A DNA stretch of 64,000 nucleotides from Pseudomonas aeruginosa PAO1. Its GTDB lineage: Bacteria; Pseudomonadota; Gammaproteobacteria; Pseudomonadales; Pseudomonadaceae. Location: assembly GCF_000006765.1 (NCBI RefSeq), contig NC_002516.2. The stretch is one strand, 5' to 3'. Shown here piece after piece: positions 19,902 through 30,039 of this stretch. Below the pieces are notes generated by a model, which saw nothing but the letters and a program-made list of their open reading frames with translations, searched no databases and was not told where the DNA came from. A program made the position numbers and the translations under genes. Every line of letters starts with the position of its first letter. Position 1 is the stretch's first letter.

Positions 19902-20921
19902 TCAGGCGCGGAAATGGCTCGGCGGCTGGCCGCTCCAGCGCTGGAAGGCATGGCGCAGGCTGGCGGTCTCGCTGAAGCCGAGTTCCTCGGCGATCCGGTA
20001 GATCGGCATGTCGCCGCTCTGCAACAACTCCTTGGCGCGGGCGAAGCGCAACTCGTCGAGCAATTGCTGGTAGCTGGTGCGCTGCTGCTGAAGGTGCCGG
20101 CGCAGGCTGCGCGACGAACAGTTCAGGCGCCTGGCCAGTTCCTCCAGGCCGGGCGGGTCCTGCAAGCGCTCGGCGAGGATCGCCCGGACCTTGTCCAGCC
20201 AGGCACGACGCGCGGCCAGGTCGATGTTCTGCCGCCGGCACTGTTCCAGCATCTCCCGGTGGGTCACCGGGTCGGCCAGCGGCAACGGGCGCTCCAGCCA
20301 TTCGGCGGCGAAGCCGATGGCGCTGCGCTCGCGTTCGAAGTGCAACTCGCAGGCGAAACCCTCGGCGTAGGCCCGCGCCATCGCCTCGTCGCCGGCATAG
20401 TCGAAGGCCGCTTCCAGCAAGGGCAGCGGCTGGCCGAGCAGGTCGGCGCAGGTGACCTTCAGCGAGCCCAGGCAAAGCTCGGTGTTGAATGGCCGCAGCG
20501 CCTCGTCCTCGCCGTAGCCGGTGGCCACCAGCCAGGCGCGGCCGTCGGCGACTTCCAGCGACAGGTGGAAGTAGGTGCCGAGCAAGACCGGATAGCTGAG
20601 GCCGATGCGCAGCGCCTCGCCGAGGGTCGGCGCGGAGAGCAGCGCGTAGCCGAGCAGGCCGTAGGCGGAAATCCGCGTGCGCAGCCCCAGGCGCAGGCCG
20701 AGGGCAGGCTCGTCGCTGAGCCGGCAGGCGTTGGCGAACACCTGCTGCTCCTGCCAGGGGCTGATCAGGCGCCGCAGGTCGAGCAGGTCGGCGGGGGTGA
20801 TGCCACTGCCTTCGAGCAGTTGCTCGCGGGCGAACCCTTCCTTCTCCAGCAGCGAGAGAGTGAGGGTCGACATGTGCAGCGAGTTGAGCCAGGTGGCGCG
20901 GGAGAAGGTCGAGTCGATCAT
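19902..20921 (-). CDS. AraC-family regulator (OruR-like)
   Basis: N-terminal arabinose-binding-like domain (YGLLGYALLSAPTLGEAL) and C-terminal HTH (LGFSETASLRHAF). Confidence 0.9.
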   Translation of the reverse strand: MIDSTFSRATWLNSLHMSTLTLSLLEKEGFAREQLLEGSGITPADLLDLRRLISPWQEQQVFANACRLSDEPALGLRLGLRTRISAYGLLGYALLSAPTLGEALRIGLSYPVLLGTYFHLSLEVADGRAWLVATGYGEDEALRPFNTELCLGSLKVTCADLLGQPLPLLEAAFDYAGDEAMARAYAEGFACELHFERERSAIGFAAEWLERPLPLADPVTHREMLEQCRRQNIDLAARRAWLDKVRAILAERLQDPPGLEELARRLNCSSRSLRRHLQQQRTSYQQLLDELRFARAKELLQSGDMPIYRIAEELGFSETASLRHAFQRWSGQPPSHFRA

Positions 20922-21034
20922 GGCGTGCCCATCGTTACCGGTGGCCGCGCCGCGCTGTTACCGCGCGGTCGGGATACACAGGGTAGGCAAGTTGCGTGCC
21001 GCCGCGCCTGTCGCCGGTCCCGCAGGCAGTTGGC

Positions 21035-22216
21035 TCAACCGCGCGAGAGGAAGCGCATGCCCTCCTCCAGGCCGCTCAGGGTCAACGGATACATCTGTTC
21101 CTTGACCAGTTCGCGGACCAGGCCGGTGGACGCCGTGTAGTTCCAGGTGTCCTTCGGATAGGGGTTGATCCAGATGAGCTTCTTGTACTTCTCCATGAAG
21201 CGCTGCATCCAGACGTAACCGGCTTCCTCGTTCCAGTGCTCGACGCTGCCGCCGGCCTGGGTGATTTCGTAGGGCGCCATCGCCGCGTCGCCGACGAACA
21301 CCACCTTGTAGTCCGGACCGTACTTGTGCAGCAGGTCGAAGGTGGCGGTGCGTTCGCTGCTGCGGCGCAGGTTGTTCTTCCACACCGACTCGTAGATGAA
21401 GTTGTGGAAGTAGAAATACTCCAGGTGCTTGAACTCGGTCTTGCAGGCCGAGAACAGCTCCTCGCAGACCTTGACGTGGGCGTCCATCGAGCCACCGATG
21501 TCCAGCAGCAGCAACAGCTTCACCGTGTTGCGCCGCTCCGGGCGCATCTGGATGTTGAGCAGCCCGGCGTCCTTCGCGGTGTGGTCGATGGTGCCGTCGA
21601 TGTCCAGCTCCTCCGCCGCGCCCTCGCGGGCGAACTTGCGCAGGCGCCGCAGGGCGATCTTGATGTTGCGCGTACCCAGTTCGACCTGGTCGTCGAGGTT
21701 CTTGTATTCGCGCTGGTCCCAGACCTTGGCCGCCTTGCCCTGGCGCTTGCCGGCGTCGCCGACGCGGATGCCCTCCGGGTTGAAACCGCCGGAGCCGAAC
21801 GGACTGGTACCGCCGGTACCGATCCACTTGTTACCGCCGGCATGGCGCTCCTTCTGTTCCTCGAGGCGTTTCTTGAACTCCTCGATCAGCTTGTCCAGGC
21901 CGCCGAGGGACTGGATCTGCGCCTTTTCCTCGTCGGTCAGCAGGCGCTCGAACTCCTTGCGCAGCCATTCCTCGGGGATCAGCGCCTTGAGGTGGTCGTC
22001 GAGCTTCTCCAGGCCCTTGAAGTAGGCGCCGAAGGCCCGGTCGAACTTGTCGAAGTGGCGCTCGTCCTTGACCATGATGGTGCGCGCCAGGTAGTAGAAC
22101 TCGTCCATGTCGGCGAACACCACGCGGTGCTTCAGGGCATCGATCAGGTCGAGCAGCTCGCGCACCGACACCGGCACCTTGGCTGCGCGCATTTCGTTGA
22201 ACAGGTTGAGCAGCAT
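21035..22216 (-). CDS. VWA-domain (CoxE-like) protein
   Basis: MIDAS-like LDIGGSMD, FYFHN, VFVGDAAMAPYE; in operon with a MoxR-type ATPase. Confidence 0.85.
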   Translation of the reverse strand: MLLNLFNEMRAAKVPVSVRELLDLIDALKHRVVFADMDEFYYLARTIMVKDERHFDKFDRAFGAYFKGLEKLDDHLKALIPEEWLRKEFERLLTDEEKAQIQSLGGLDKLIEEFKKRLEEQKERHAGGNKWIGTGGTSPFGSGGFNPEGIRVGDAGKRQGKAAKVWDQREYKNLDDQVELGTRNIKIALRRLRKFAREGAAEELDIDGTIDHTAKDAGLLNIQMRPERRNTVKLLLLLDIGGSMDAHVKVCEELFSACKTEFKHLEYFYFHNFIYESVWKNNLRRSSERTATFDLLHKYGPDYKVVFVGDAAMAPYEITQAGGSVEHWNEEAGYVWMQRFMEKYKKLIWINPYPKDTWNYTASTGLVRELVKEQMYPLTLSGLEEGMRFLSRG

Positions 22217-22264
22217 GGCTGCGACCTCGTCTGTTGTCCGTTGATCCCGGCGCGCGAGCGCCGG

Positions 22265-22660
22265 TCAGTATTGGTGTTCCTGCGGCAGGTCGTCGGCGAT
22301 GACGTACCAGTCGGCTTTCGAACCCACGTAGATGTGCCGCTGCGCTACCGATGGCAGCGGCGAGTCGAGGGTGCCGAGGGCGATAGAGGTGTACGTCGGG
22401 TCCTCGTTGCCGCCAAGCCACTGCAGGTTCGATCCGCAGTGGCGGCAGAAGGTACGGGTGACGCCTGGCGACGAGTGGTATTCGGCCACCGCGTCCGCTC
22501 CGGCGACATAGCGGAACGCCTCGCGGCGCACCTTGCCGTAGGTGGCGAACGCCGCGCCGTGGGCCTTGCGGCACTGGCTGCAATGACAATGACTGGCCGA
22601 CTCGATGGGCGCGTCGATTTCATAGCTTACCGCGCCGCACAGGCAACTTCCGCTGAGCAT
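22265..22660 (-). CDS. GFA-family (glutathione-dependent formaldehyde-activating) Zn protein
   Basis: GSCLCG, HCHCSQC, FCRHCGS. Confidence 0.88.
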   Translation of the reverse strand: MLSGSCLCGAVSYEIDAPIESASHCHCSQCRKAHGAAFATYGKVRREAFRYVAGADAVAEYHSSPGVTRTFCRHCGSNLQWLGGNEDPTYTSIALGTLDSPLPSVAQRHIYVGSKADWYVIADDLPQEHQY

Positions 22661-22724
22661 GGGATGTTCCTCCGCTGTCTGGCGTGCCGCCCCGCAGCCC
22701 TTTCCCCGGAAAGGGCCGACGCAC

Positions 22725-23570
22725 TCAGCGGCTGGCGCGGCGGCTCATGAACGCCAGGCGCTCGAGAAGCTGCACGTCCTGCTCGTTCTTCACCAGGGCG
22801 CCGGCCAGCGGCGGGATCGCCTTGGTCGGGTCGCGTTCGCGCAGCACCGCTTCGCCGATCTCGTCGGCCATCAGCAGCTTCAGCCAGTCGACCAGCTCGG
22901 AAGTCGAAGGTTTCTTTTTCAGGCCGGGCACCTTGCGCACGTCGAAGAAGATGTCCAGCGCCTCGCTGACCAGCGACTGCTTGATGTTCGGGTAGTGCAC
23001 GTCGACGATCTTCTGCAACGTCTCGCGGTCGGGGAAGGCGATGTAATGGAAGAAGCAGCGGCGCAGGAAGGCGTCGGGCAGTTCCTTCTCGTTGTTCGAG
23101 GTGATGATGATGATCGGGCGCTGCTTCGCCTTGATGGTTTCGTTGGTCTCGTAGACGTAGAACTCCATCTTGTCGAGTTCCTGCAGCAGGTCGTTGGGGA
23201 ACTCGATGTCGGCCTTGTCGATCTCGTCGATCAGCAGGATCACCCTCTCCTCGGCCTCGAAGGCCTCCCAGAGCTTGCCCTTCTTGATGTAGTTGCGCAC
23301 GTCGTGAACCTTGTCCACGCCCAGCTGCGAATCGCGCAGGCGGCTTACCGCATCGTACTCGTAGAGGCCCTGGTGGGCCTTGGTGGTGGACTTGATGTGC
23401 CAGGTGATCAGCTTGGCGCCGAAGGACTCGGCCAACTGCTCGGCGAGCATGGTCTTGCCGGTGCCCGGTTCGCCCTTCACCAGCAGCGGCCGCTGCAGGG
23501 TGATGGCGGCGTTGACCGCGAGCTTGAGGTCGTCGGTGGCGACGTAGGACTGGGTGCCTTCGAACTTCAT
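22725..23570 (-). CDS. MoxR-family AAA+ ATPase, 281 aa
   Basis: Walker A GEPGTGKT, Walker B LIDEIDK, TSNNEKELPDAFLRRC; ATG at 23570. Confidence 0.9.
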   Translation of the reverse strand: MKFEGTQSYVATDDLKLAVNAAITLQRPLLVKGEPGTGKTMLAEQLAESFGAKLITWHIKSTTKAHQGLYEYDAVSRLRDSQLGVDKVHDVRNYIKKGKLWEAFEAEERVILLIDEIDKADIEFPNDLLQELDKMEFYVYETNETIKAKQRPIIIITSNNEKELPDAFLRRCFFHYIAFPDRETLQKIVDVHYPNIKQSLVSEALDIFFDVRKVPGLKKKPSTSELVDWLKLLMADEIGEAVLRERDPTKAIPPLAGALVKNEQDVQLLERLAFMSRRASR

Positions 23571-23732
23571 CAGGAAATCCTCGAACGGTAACGCCCTGGC
23601 TGGAAAACCGGGCAGTTCAGTATTGTTTGAAAACCCGACTATAACGCGGGGACAAGCGCACTGTGAACGCAGACGGGTCATTCAGTCACTGAATGCCCGG
23701 CCACCTCGCGACCCGCCGTTCCGCCCGCGTCT

Positions 23733-24818
23733 TCAGCCGTCGTCGTCGCGCGTCGCCGGGGAACGCTCGAAACGAGCGTTGAACGCCTCGACGAACGCGT
23801 TGCGGAGAATCCCGAGGAACGCCTGGAACGCGCTGACGTCCCGCTGGTGGATATTACCGCTCAGGCTCACACGGGTTGCGAACTGGTCTTTGCGCTGGTT
23901 CTTCAGCACCGTCTCGCCACCGCCGACCAGCGCCTCCCACACCGAGCGGAACAGGTTCTTGTCGCCATCCTCCACGTCCTGCCGCCAGTTGAACACGTCC
24001 ACGTCGCGCAGCAGCGGCTTGATGTAGCCATCCAACTGGCCGCGCTTAGCCTGGGCCTCCAGCACCAGGTCGCCGGTGCCGGCATTGAAGTCGAACTTGC
24101 CATAGGCGCTGGCGAAGTCGTTGAGCCGCTTCAGCTCGACGCGGGTGACCCGCAGGCGCAGGTCGAAGTCCTCGAAGTCGCTCAGCGGGTCGAAATGCGC
24201 CGCCACTTCCAGCGGCGCCTGGCCGAGTATCCGCGCCGTGCCTTCGAGACGCGCCGGCCGCTCGCCCCGGGCGTCGGCCACGTTGGTCAGGTTATAGATG
24301 CTGGCGTTGAGCGCCGAGGCGTGCAGGTTCACCGGCGGCTTCGAAGTGAAGTTGCGGAAACGCAGGGTGCCGTCCACCACCCGCACCTCGTTGAGGGTGA
24401 TCGGCAGCAGCTTGTCCAGTTGCTCGCGCCAGTCGGTGCCGGCACCGGTCTGCGAGGCGTCGCGGTCGCCGCCGGCATCGACGAAGTTGAGCTGCGGACG
24501 CTCGAAGACCACCCGCGCCACTACTGCGTGATCATCCCAGAGCGCCTGCCAGCTCACCGACAGGTCGATGCTCGGCGCGTCGAGGAACGGCACCGGCACC
24601 TTGCCGTTGTCCTTGACGATGCTCAGCCCGTCGATCCGATACGCGCCGCGCCAGAGCGCCAGGTCGACGTCGGCGATGTGCCCACGGTAGTCGCCCATGT
24701 CGGCCAGCTTGCCGTTCAGGTAGTCGCGCACCAGGTACGGCAGCGCCAGGTGCAGCGCCAGCAACAACAGAAGCAGCGCCGCCAGGCTGCCCAGGGGAAT
24801 GGCATAGCGTTTCTTCAT
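23733..24818 (-). CDS. DUF748-like membrane-anchored beta-rich protein, 361 aa
   Basis: N-terminal TM helix, [24 protein letters not shown] motifs; ATG at 24818. Confidence 0.7.
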   Translation of the reverse strand: MKKRYAIPLGSLAALLLLLLALHLALPYLVRDYLNGKLADMGDYRGHIADVDLALWRGAYRIDGLSIVKDNGKVPVPFLDAPSIDLSVSWQALWDDHAVVARVVFERPQLNFVDAGGDRDASQTGAGTDWREQLDKLLPITLNEVRVVDGTLRFRNFTSKPPVNLHASALNASIYNLTNVADARGERPARLEGTARILGQAPLEVAAHFDPLSDFEDFDLRLRVTRVELKRLNDFASAYGKFDFNAGTGDLVLEAQAKRGQLDGYIKPLLRDVDVFNWRQDVEDGDKNLFRSVWEALVGGGETVLKNQRKDQFATRVSLSGNIHQRDVSAFQAFLGILRNAFVEAFNARFERSPATRDDDG

Positions 24819-24938
24819 CGGTACGGCCCTCCTGGACAGTGGACACGCGCGGCGCGCCGCTGGTTCGAACGCGTCTGGACGCGCGGGCGGGGGCGGAATA
24901 GGCTGATTGATCTTTCTCCATGCGACAAGGACACCATC

Positions 24939-25913
<975 letters not shown>

Positions 25914-25971
25914 CCACCGACCCGCGGCGCCGCAGCGAACCGGCGCCGCCTTGCGCCAGGCGTATCGAATC

Positions 25972-26586
25972 ATGCTGGAAACCTCGCTCTTCGTAGCCAC
26001 CCTCGCCACCCTGGGCATGCTCTCGCCCGGCCCGGACTTCTTCCTCATCATCCGCAACGCGGCGCGCTACCAGCGCTCGGCGGCGATGATGACCTCGCTG
26101 GGGGTGATCCTCGGCGTGGCCACCCACATGGCCTACTGCGTCGCCGGCCTGGCGGTGCTGATCACCACCACGCCGTGGCTGTTCAACGCGCTGAAGTACA
26201 CCGGCGCGGTCTACCTGATCTGGATCGGCATCCAGGCCCTGCGCTCGCGCGGCGGCGGCACGCTCGACCTGGCGGTCGGCGGCGTGCAGCGCGTCGGCCA
26301 CTGGAGCGCGTTCCTCCAGGGCTACCTGTGCAACCTGCTCAACCCCAAGGCCACGCTGTTCTTCCTCGCCGTGTTCACCCAGGTGCTGAGCCTGGACTCC
26401 AGCTTCGCCGAGAAGCTCTGGTACGCCGGCATCATCGTCGGCCTCGCCGTACTCTGGTGGCCGCTGCTGGTGGTGCTGATCCAGAGCGCGGTGGTGCGCC
26501 GCAGCCTGGCCAGGGCCCAGGGGGTGGTGGACAAGCTGCTCGGCGGCCTGCTGATCGCCCTCGGGGTCAAGGTCGCCCTGAGTTGA
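25972..26586 (+). CDS. LysE/RhtB-family exporter
   Basis: SPGPDF, LKYTGAVYLIWIG, NLLNPKA. Confidence 0.9.
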   Translation: MLETSLFVATLATLGMLSPGPDFFLIIRNAARYQRSAAMMTSLGVILGVATHMAYCVAGLAVLITTTPWLFNALKYTGAVYLIWIGIQALRSRGGGTLDLAVGGVQRVGHWSAFLQGYLCNLLNPKATLFFLAVFTQVLSLDSSFAEKLWYAGIIVGLAVLWWPLLVVLIQSAVVRRSLARAQGVVDKLLGGLLIALGVKVALS

Positions 26587-26784
26587 GGCAGGCAGGCGGA
26601 GCGACGCCCCGTTGCGGTGCCGCCTACTGTCTGCGGGCCCGCAGGTAAAAGCCGCCCCTTTCCTCGCTTCCGGCAACGCGGGATAAAACCCGGGTGCCGG
26701 CCAGCGTTGCCGGCGCCCCCTGAGCGCCGGCGGCGAACCAGTCCGTCGCCGACGCTGTCGTCAGCCGACAGGACACCTACAACA

Positions 26785-27876
26785 ATGAAGACCCGCATCG
26801 CTTCCCTCACCCTCCTCGCCCTCGCTTGCGGCAGCGGCGCAACCCTCGCCGCGGACAACCTGAAGATCTACAACTGGTCCGAATACATCGCTCCCGAAAC
26901 CGTGGCGAACTTCGCCAAGGAAACCGGCATCCAGGCCACCTACGACGTCTACGACAGCAACGAGACCCTCGACGGCAAGCTGATGACCGGCCAATCCGGC
27001 TACGACGTGGTATTCCCGTCGAACCACTTCATGGCCAAGCAGATCCAGGCCGGCGCCCTGAAGAAGCTGGACAAGTCCCGGTTGCCCAACTGGAAGAACC
27101 TCAACCCGGTGCTGCTCAAGGCCCTGGAGGTCAACGATCCGGGCAACCAGTACGGCTTCCCCTACCTCTGGGGCACCACCGGCATCGGCTACAACCCGGC
27201 GAAGATCAAGGCGGTGCTCGGCGACGACGCGCCGCTGGACTCCTGGGATATATTCTTCAAGCCCGAATACATGCAGAAACTGAGCAAGTGCGGGGTGGCG
27301 GTGCTGGACAACGGCCCCGAGCTGCTGCCCATCACCCTCAACTACCTCGGCCTGCCACACCACAGCCAGAAGGCCGACGACTACAAGCAGGCCCAGGCGG
27401 CGCTGCTGAAGGTGCGCCCGTACATCCGCTACTTCCACTCCTCGAAGTACGTCAGCGACCTGGCCAACGGCGAGATCTGCATGGTGGTCGGTTTCTCCGG
27501 CGACATCCTGCAGGCCGCGACCCGCGCCAAGGAGGCCAACAACGGCGTGGAAGTGCGCTACTCGACGCCGAAGGAAGGCTCGCCGCTGTGGTTCGACATG
27601 GTCTCGATGCCGGTCGACGCGCCCGACGAGAAGGCCGGCTACGCCTTCATGAACTACCTGCTGCGTCCCGAGGTGATGGCCGCGATCAGCAACCATGTGC
27701 ACTACGCCAACGGCAACCTGGCCGCCGACCCGCTGGTGGACGCCGAGATCAAGGCCGACCCGGCGATCTACCCGCCGCAGGAGAAGATGGCCAAGCTGTT
27801 CGCCCTCGAGTCCATGCCGCAGAAGATCGACCGCGTGCGCACGCGCACCTGGAACACGGTGAAGACCGGCAAGTGA
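26785..27876 (+). CDS. Periplasmic polyamine-binding protein (PotF/SpuD-like)
   Basis: Signal peptide, IYNWSEYI, YDVYDSNETLDGKL, PYLWGTTGIGYN. Confidence 0.92.
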   Translation: MKTRIASLTLLALACGSGATLAADNLKIYNWSEYIAPETVANFAKETGIQATYDVYDSNETLDGKLMTGQSGYDVVFPSNHFMAKQIQAGALKKLDKSRLPNWKNLNPVLLKALEVNDPGNQYGFPYLWGTTGIGYNPAKIKAVLGDDAPLDSWDIFFKPEYMQKLSKCGVAVLDNGPELLPITLNYLGLPHHSQKADDYKQAQAALLKVRPYIRYFHSSKYVSDLANGEICMVVGFSGDILQAATRAKEANNGVEVRYSTPKEGSPLWFDMVSMPVDAPDEKAGYAFMNYLLRPEVMAAISNHVHYANGNLAADPLVDAEIKADPAIYPPQEKMAKLFALESMPQKIDRVRTRTWNTVKTGK

Positions 27877-27916
27877 AGCCCGGCGCCGGCCCGGTTTGTC
27901 GCCGGGCTGGCGTTTT
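27877..27916 (+). terminator. Possible intrinsic terminator
   Basis: 9-bp stem AGCCCGGCG/CGCCGGGCT with a long loop and a short T run. Confidence 0.35.
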
Positions 27917-28295
27917 AGCGCAAGGCTCGCCCACAGGCTCGTCAAATCCCGGACGGCCCGCTATAGTCCCTCTCGTTGTCTTCATCCACCGGATAGCCTC
28001 CATGAACCAGCGCTCGCACAGCTCGCTCCCCGCCCTTCCGGTAGCCACCGGCGAGGTCGGCGCGCTCCAGCCGTGCGCCAGCCTGGGCTGCGTTTCCCCT
28101 CCTGTAGTCGCCTCGCCGCCGCCTCCCCCTCCCGGTTCGGCCGCCTGCCCGCCGCCGGGCGTCAGTCCCTGACGAGCGCGGTAGCGCCCCAACGCCCTTC
28201 CACAGCCCGCCGCAAGCAGCGCCATCCGCTGCCGAAGCGTGCCGTCCGCCGCCGGCCCGAGCCCGCGGCATGCCCGACTACAAGGTGGCAGATCC

Positions 28296-29159
28296 ATGTT
28301 TGCACTGAACAAATCCGCACTGGCCGGCCTGGCCAGCACCAGCCTCTTCGTCCTGCTCTGGAGCAGCGGGGCCATCGCCTCGAAATGGGGCCTGGCGCAT
28401 TCCTCGCCGTTCGCCTTCCTGGTGTTCCGCTTCGGCATCGCCCTCGCCTGCCTGCTGCCGCTCGCCCCGCTGCTCAGGCTGCGCACGCCGCGCAGCGCGC
28501 GTGAGCGCGGCAAGGCCCTGCTCACCGGCCTGGTGATGCTGGGGATCTATCCGATCTTCTATATCTTCTCGCTGAAGCTGCAGGTCACTCCCGGCATGAT
28601 GGCGACCATCCTCGGCGTGCAACCGATCCTCACCGCCGTCATCCTCGAACGCCGGCAGTCGCCGGCGCGCCTGTTCGGCCTGCTGCTGGGCCTGGCCGGC
28701 CTGGTGCTGGTGGTCTACCAGGGCATCGGCCTGGCCGGGATGTCCACGGCCGGCATCCTCTGCGCACTGCTGGCGCTGGCCGGCGTCACCGGCGGCTCGA
28801 TCATGCAGAAGGGCATCCGCGAGAACCCGCTGGGCACCCTGCCCCTGCAGTACCTCGCCGGCCTCGGCCTGTGCCTGGCGTTCGTGCCCTTCCAGCCGTT
28901 CGAGTTCGAATGGAACGCCGGCTTCCTGGTCCCCGCACTGTGGATGGGCGTCGTGGTCTCGGTGGGCGCGACCCTGCTGCTCTACCGGCTGATCGCCCAG
29001 GGCAACCTGGTCAACGTCACCAGCCTGTTCTACCTGGTGCCGGCGGTGACCGCGATCATGGACTTCATGGTCTTCGGCAACCGCCTCGGCTGGCTCAGCC
29101 TGCTGGGCATGGGGCTGATCGTGGTGGGTCTGATGTTCGTCTTCCGCAAGGCCGGCTGA
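28296..29159 (+). CDS. DMT/EamA-family transporter
   Basis: LFVLLWSSGAI, FRFGIA, 10 TM segments. Confidence 0.9.
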   Translation: MFALNKSALAGLASTSLFVLLWSSGAIASKWGLAHSSPFAFLVFRFGIALACLLPLAPLLRLRTPRSARERGKALLTGLVMLGIYPIFYIFSLKLQVTPGMMATILGVQPILTAVILERRQSPARLFGLLLGLAGLVLVVYQGIGLAGMSTAGILCALLALAGVTGGSIMQKGIRENPLGTLPLQYLAGLGLCLAFVPFQPFEFEWNAGFLVPALWMGVVVSVGATLLLYRLIAQGNLVNVTSLFYLVPAVTAIMDFMVFGNRLGWLSLLGMGLIVVGLMFVFRKAG

Positions 29160-29206
29160 GCGAACCGAGCGGGTCGCGGCCCGCCCATGGCAGAGCGCGC
29201 GCGGAT

Positions 29207-29686
29207 TCAGTTCTGCGCGAGCTTGCCAGCCATCGCCGCGAACCCCGGCCCCGGCACCGCCGTCACATCGCGCGACCCCACCGGCTCGCCGCACTCCGGG
29301 CAGACCATGGTCGGCCGGAACTTGTGGCCACAGGCCTTGTGCACATACTCCACCGGAGCGCCGCGGCCCTCGTCGAGCCAGCGGTCGCCCCAGTTGGCCA
29401 GGGCCAGCAGCACCGGATGCAGGTCGTGGCCCATCTCGGTGAGGCGGTACTCGTAGCGCGGCGGTCGCTCCTGGTAAGGCACCTTCTTCAGCGCGCCCGC
29501 CTCCACCAGCCGGCTCAGGCGGTCGGCCAGTACCTGACGGGTGACCCCGAGGCTGGCCTGGAACTCATCGAAGCGGCGCATGCCGAGAAAGCAGTTGCGC
29601 AGGATCAGCAGCGTCCAGCGGTCGCCGAGGATCGCCAGGCTGCGCGCCATCGAACAGGGCGTTTCGCCGACTTCTTGCCATTTCAT
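29207..29686 (-). CDS. HxlR/DUF24 winged-helix regulator
   Basis: PCSMARSLAILGDRWTLLILR, RRFDEFQ, PPRYEYRLTEMG. Confidence 0.9.
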   Translation of the reverse strand: MKWQEVGETPCSMARSLAILGDRWTLLILRNCFLGMRRFDEFQASLGVTRQVLADRLSRLVEAGALKKVPYQERPPRYEYRLTEMGHDLHPVLLALANWGDRWLDEGRGAPVEYVHKACGHKFRPTMVCPECGEPVGSRDVTAVPGPGFAAMAGKLAQN

Positions 29687-29736
29687 GGGGTTCTCCCGGA
29701 AAAACCTCCGTCCATTCTAGGGGGCCGCTTCGGAGC

Positions 29737-29765
29737 TTGACCAGTTCCAAATTGGAACTTAGTAT
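29737..29765 (+). promoter_or_regulatory. Sigma70-like promoter TTGACC-17-TAGTAT with palindrome AGTTCCA-aat-TGGAACT filling the spacer
   Basis: Read directly; a second copy AGTTCCG-att-CGGAACT lies at 29857-29873. Confidence 0.7.
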
Positions 29766-30039
29766 CCGGCCGAAAAGGTCATGGACCCGGCGCGCTCCTG
29801 GCAGGATCGGACAAACCAGCACTACGGACGGGTCCCATATCAGCGCCCGCATAGTAAGTTCCGATTCGGAACTGTAGAAGCGTCGAGCATGAGAGGGAAA
29901 GGCCGATACGACGGGGTTCCGTGTGCCGCCCGCGCGTCGTCCTTGCAGCACAGCGTCAGGCAGTCCCGAAAGAACGAAGCCCGCACGGCTGGGGTGCGCC
30001 CCAGGTTGCGCCGGCAACGACAACAACGAGGAACACACC

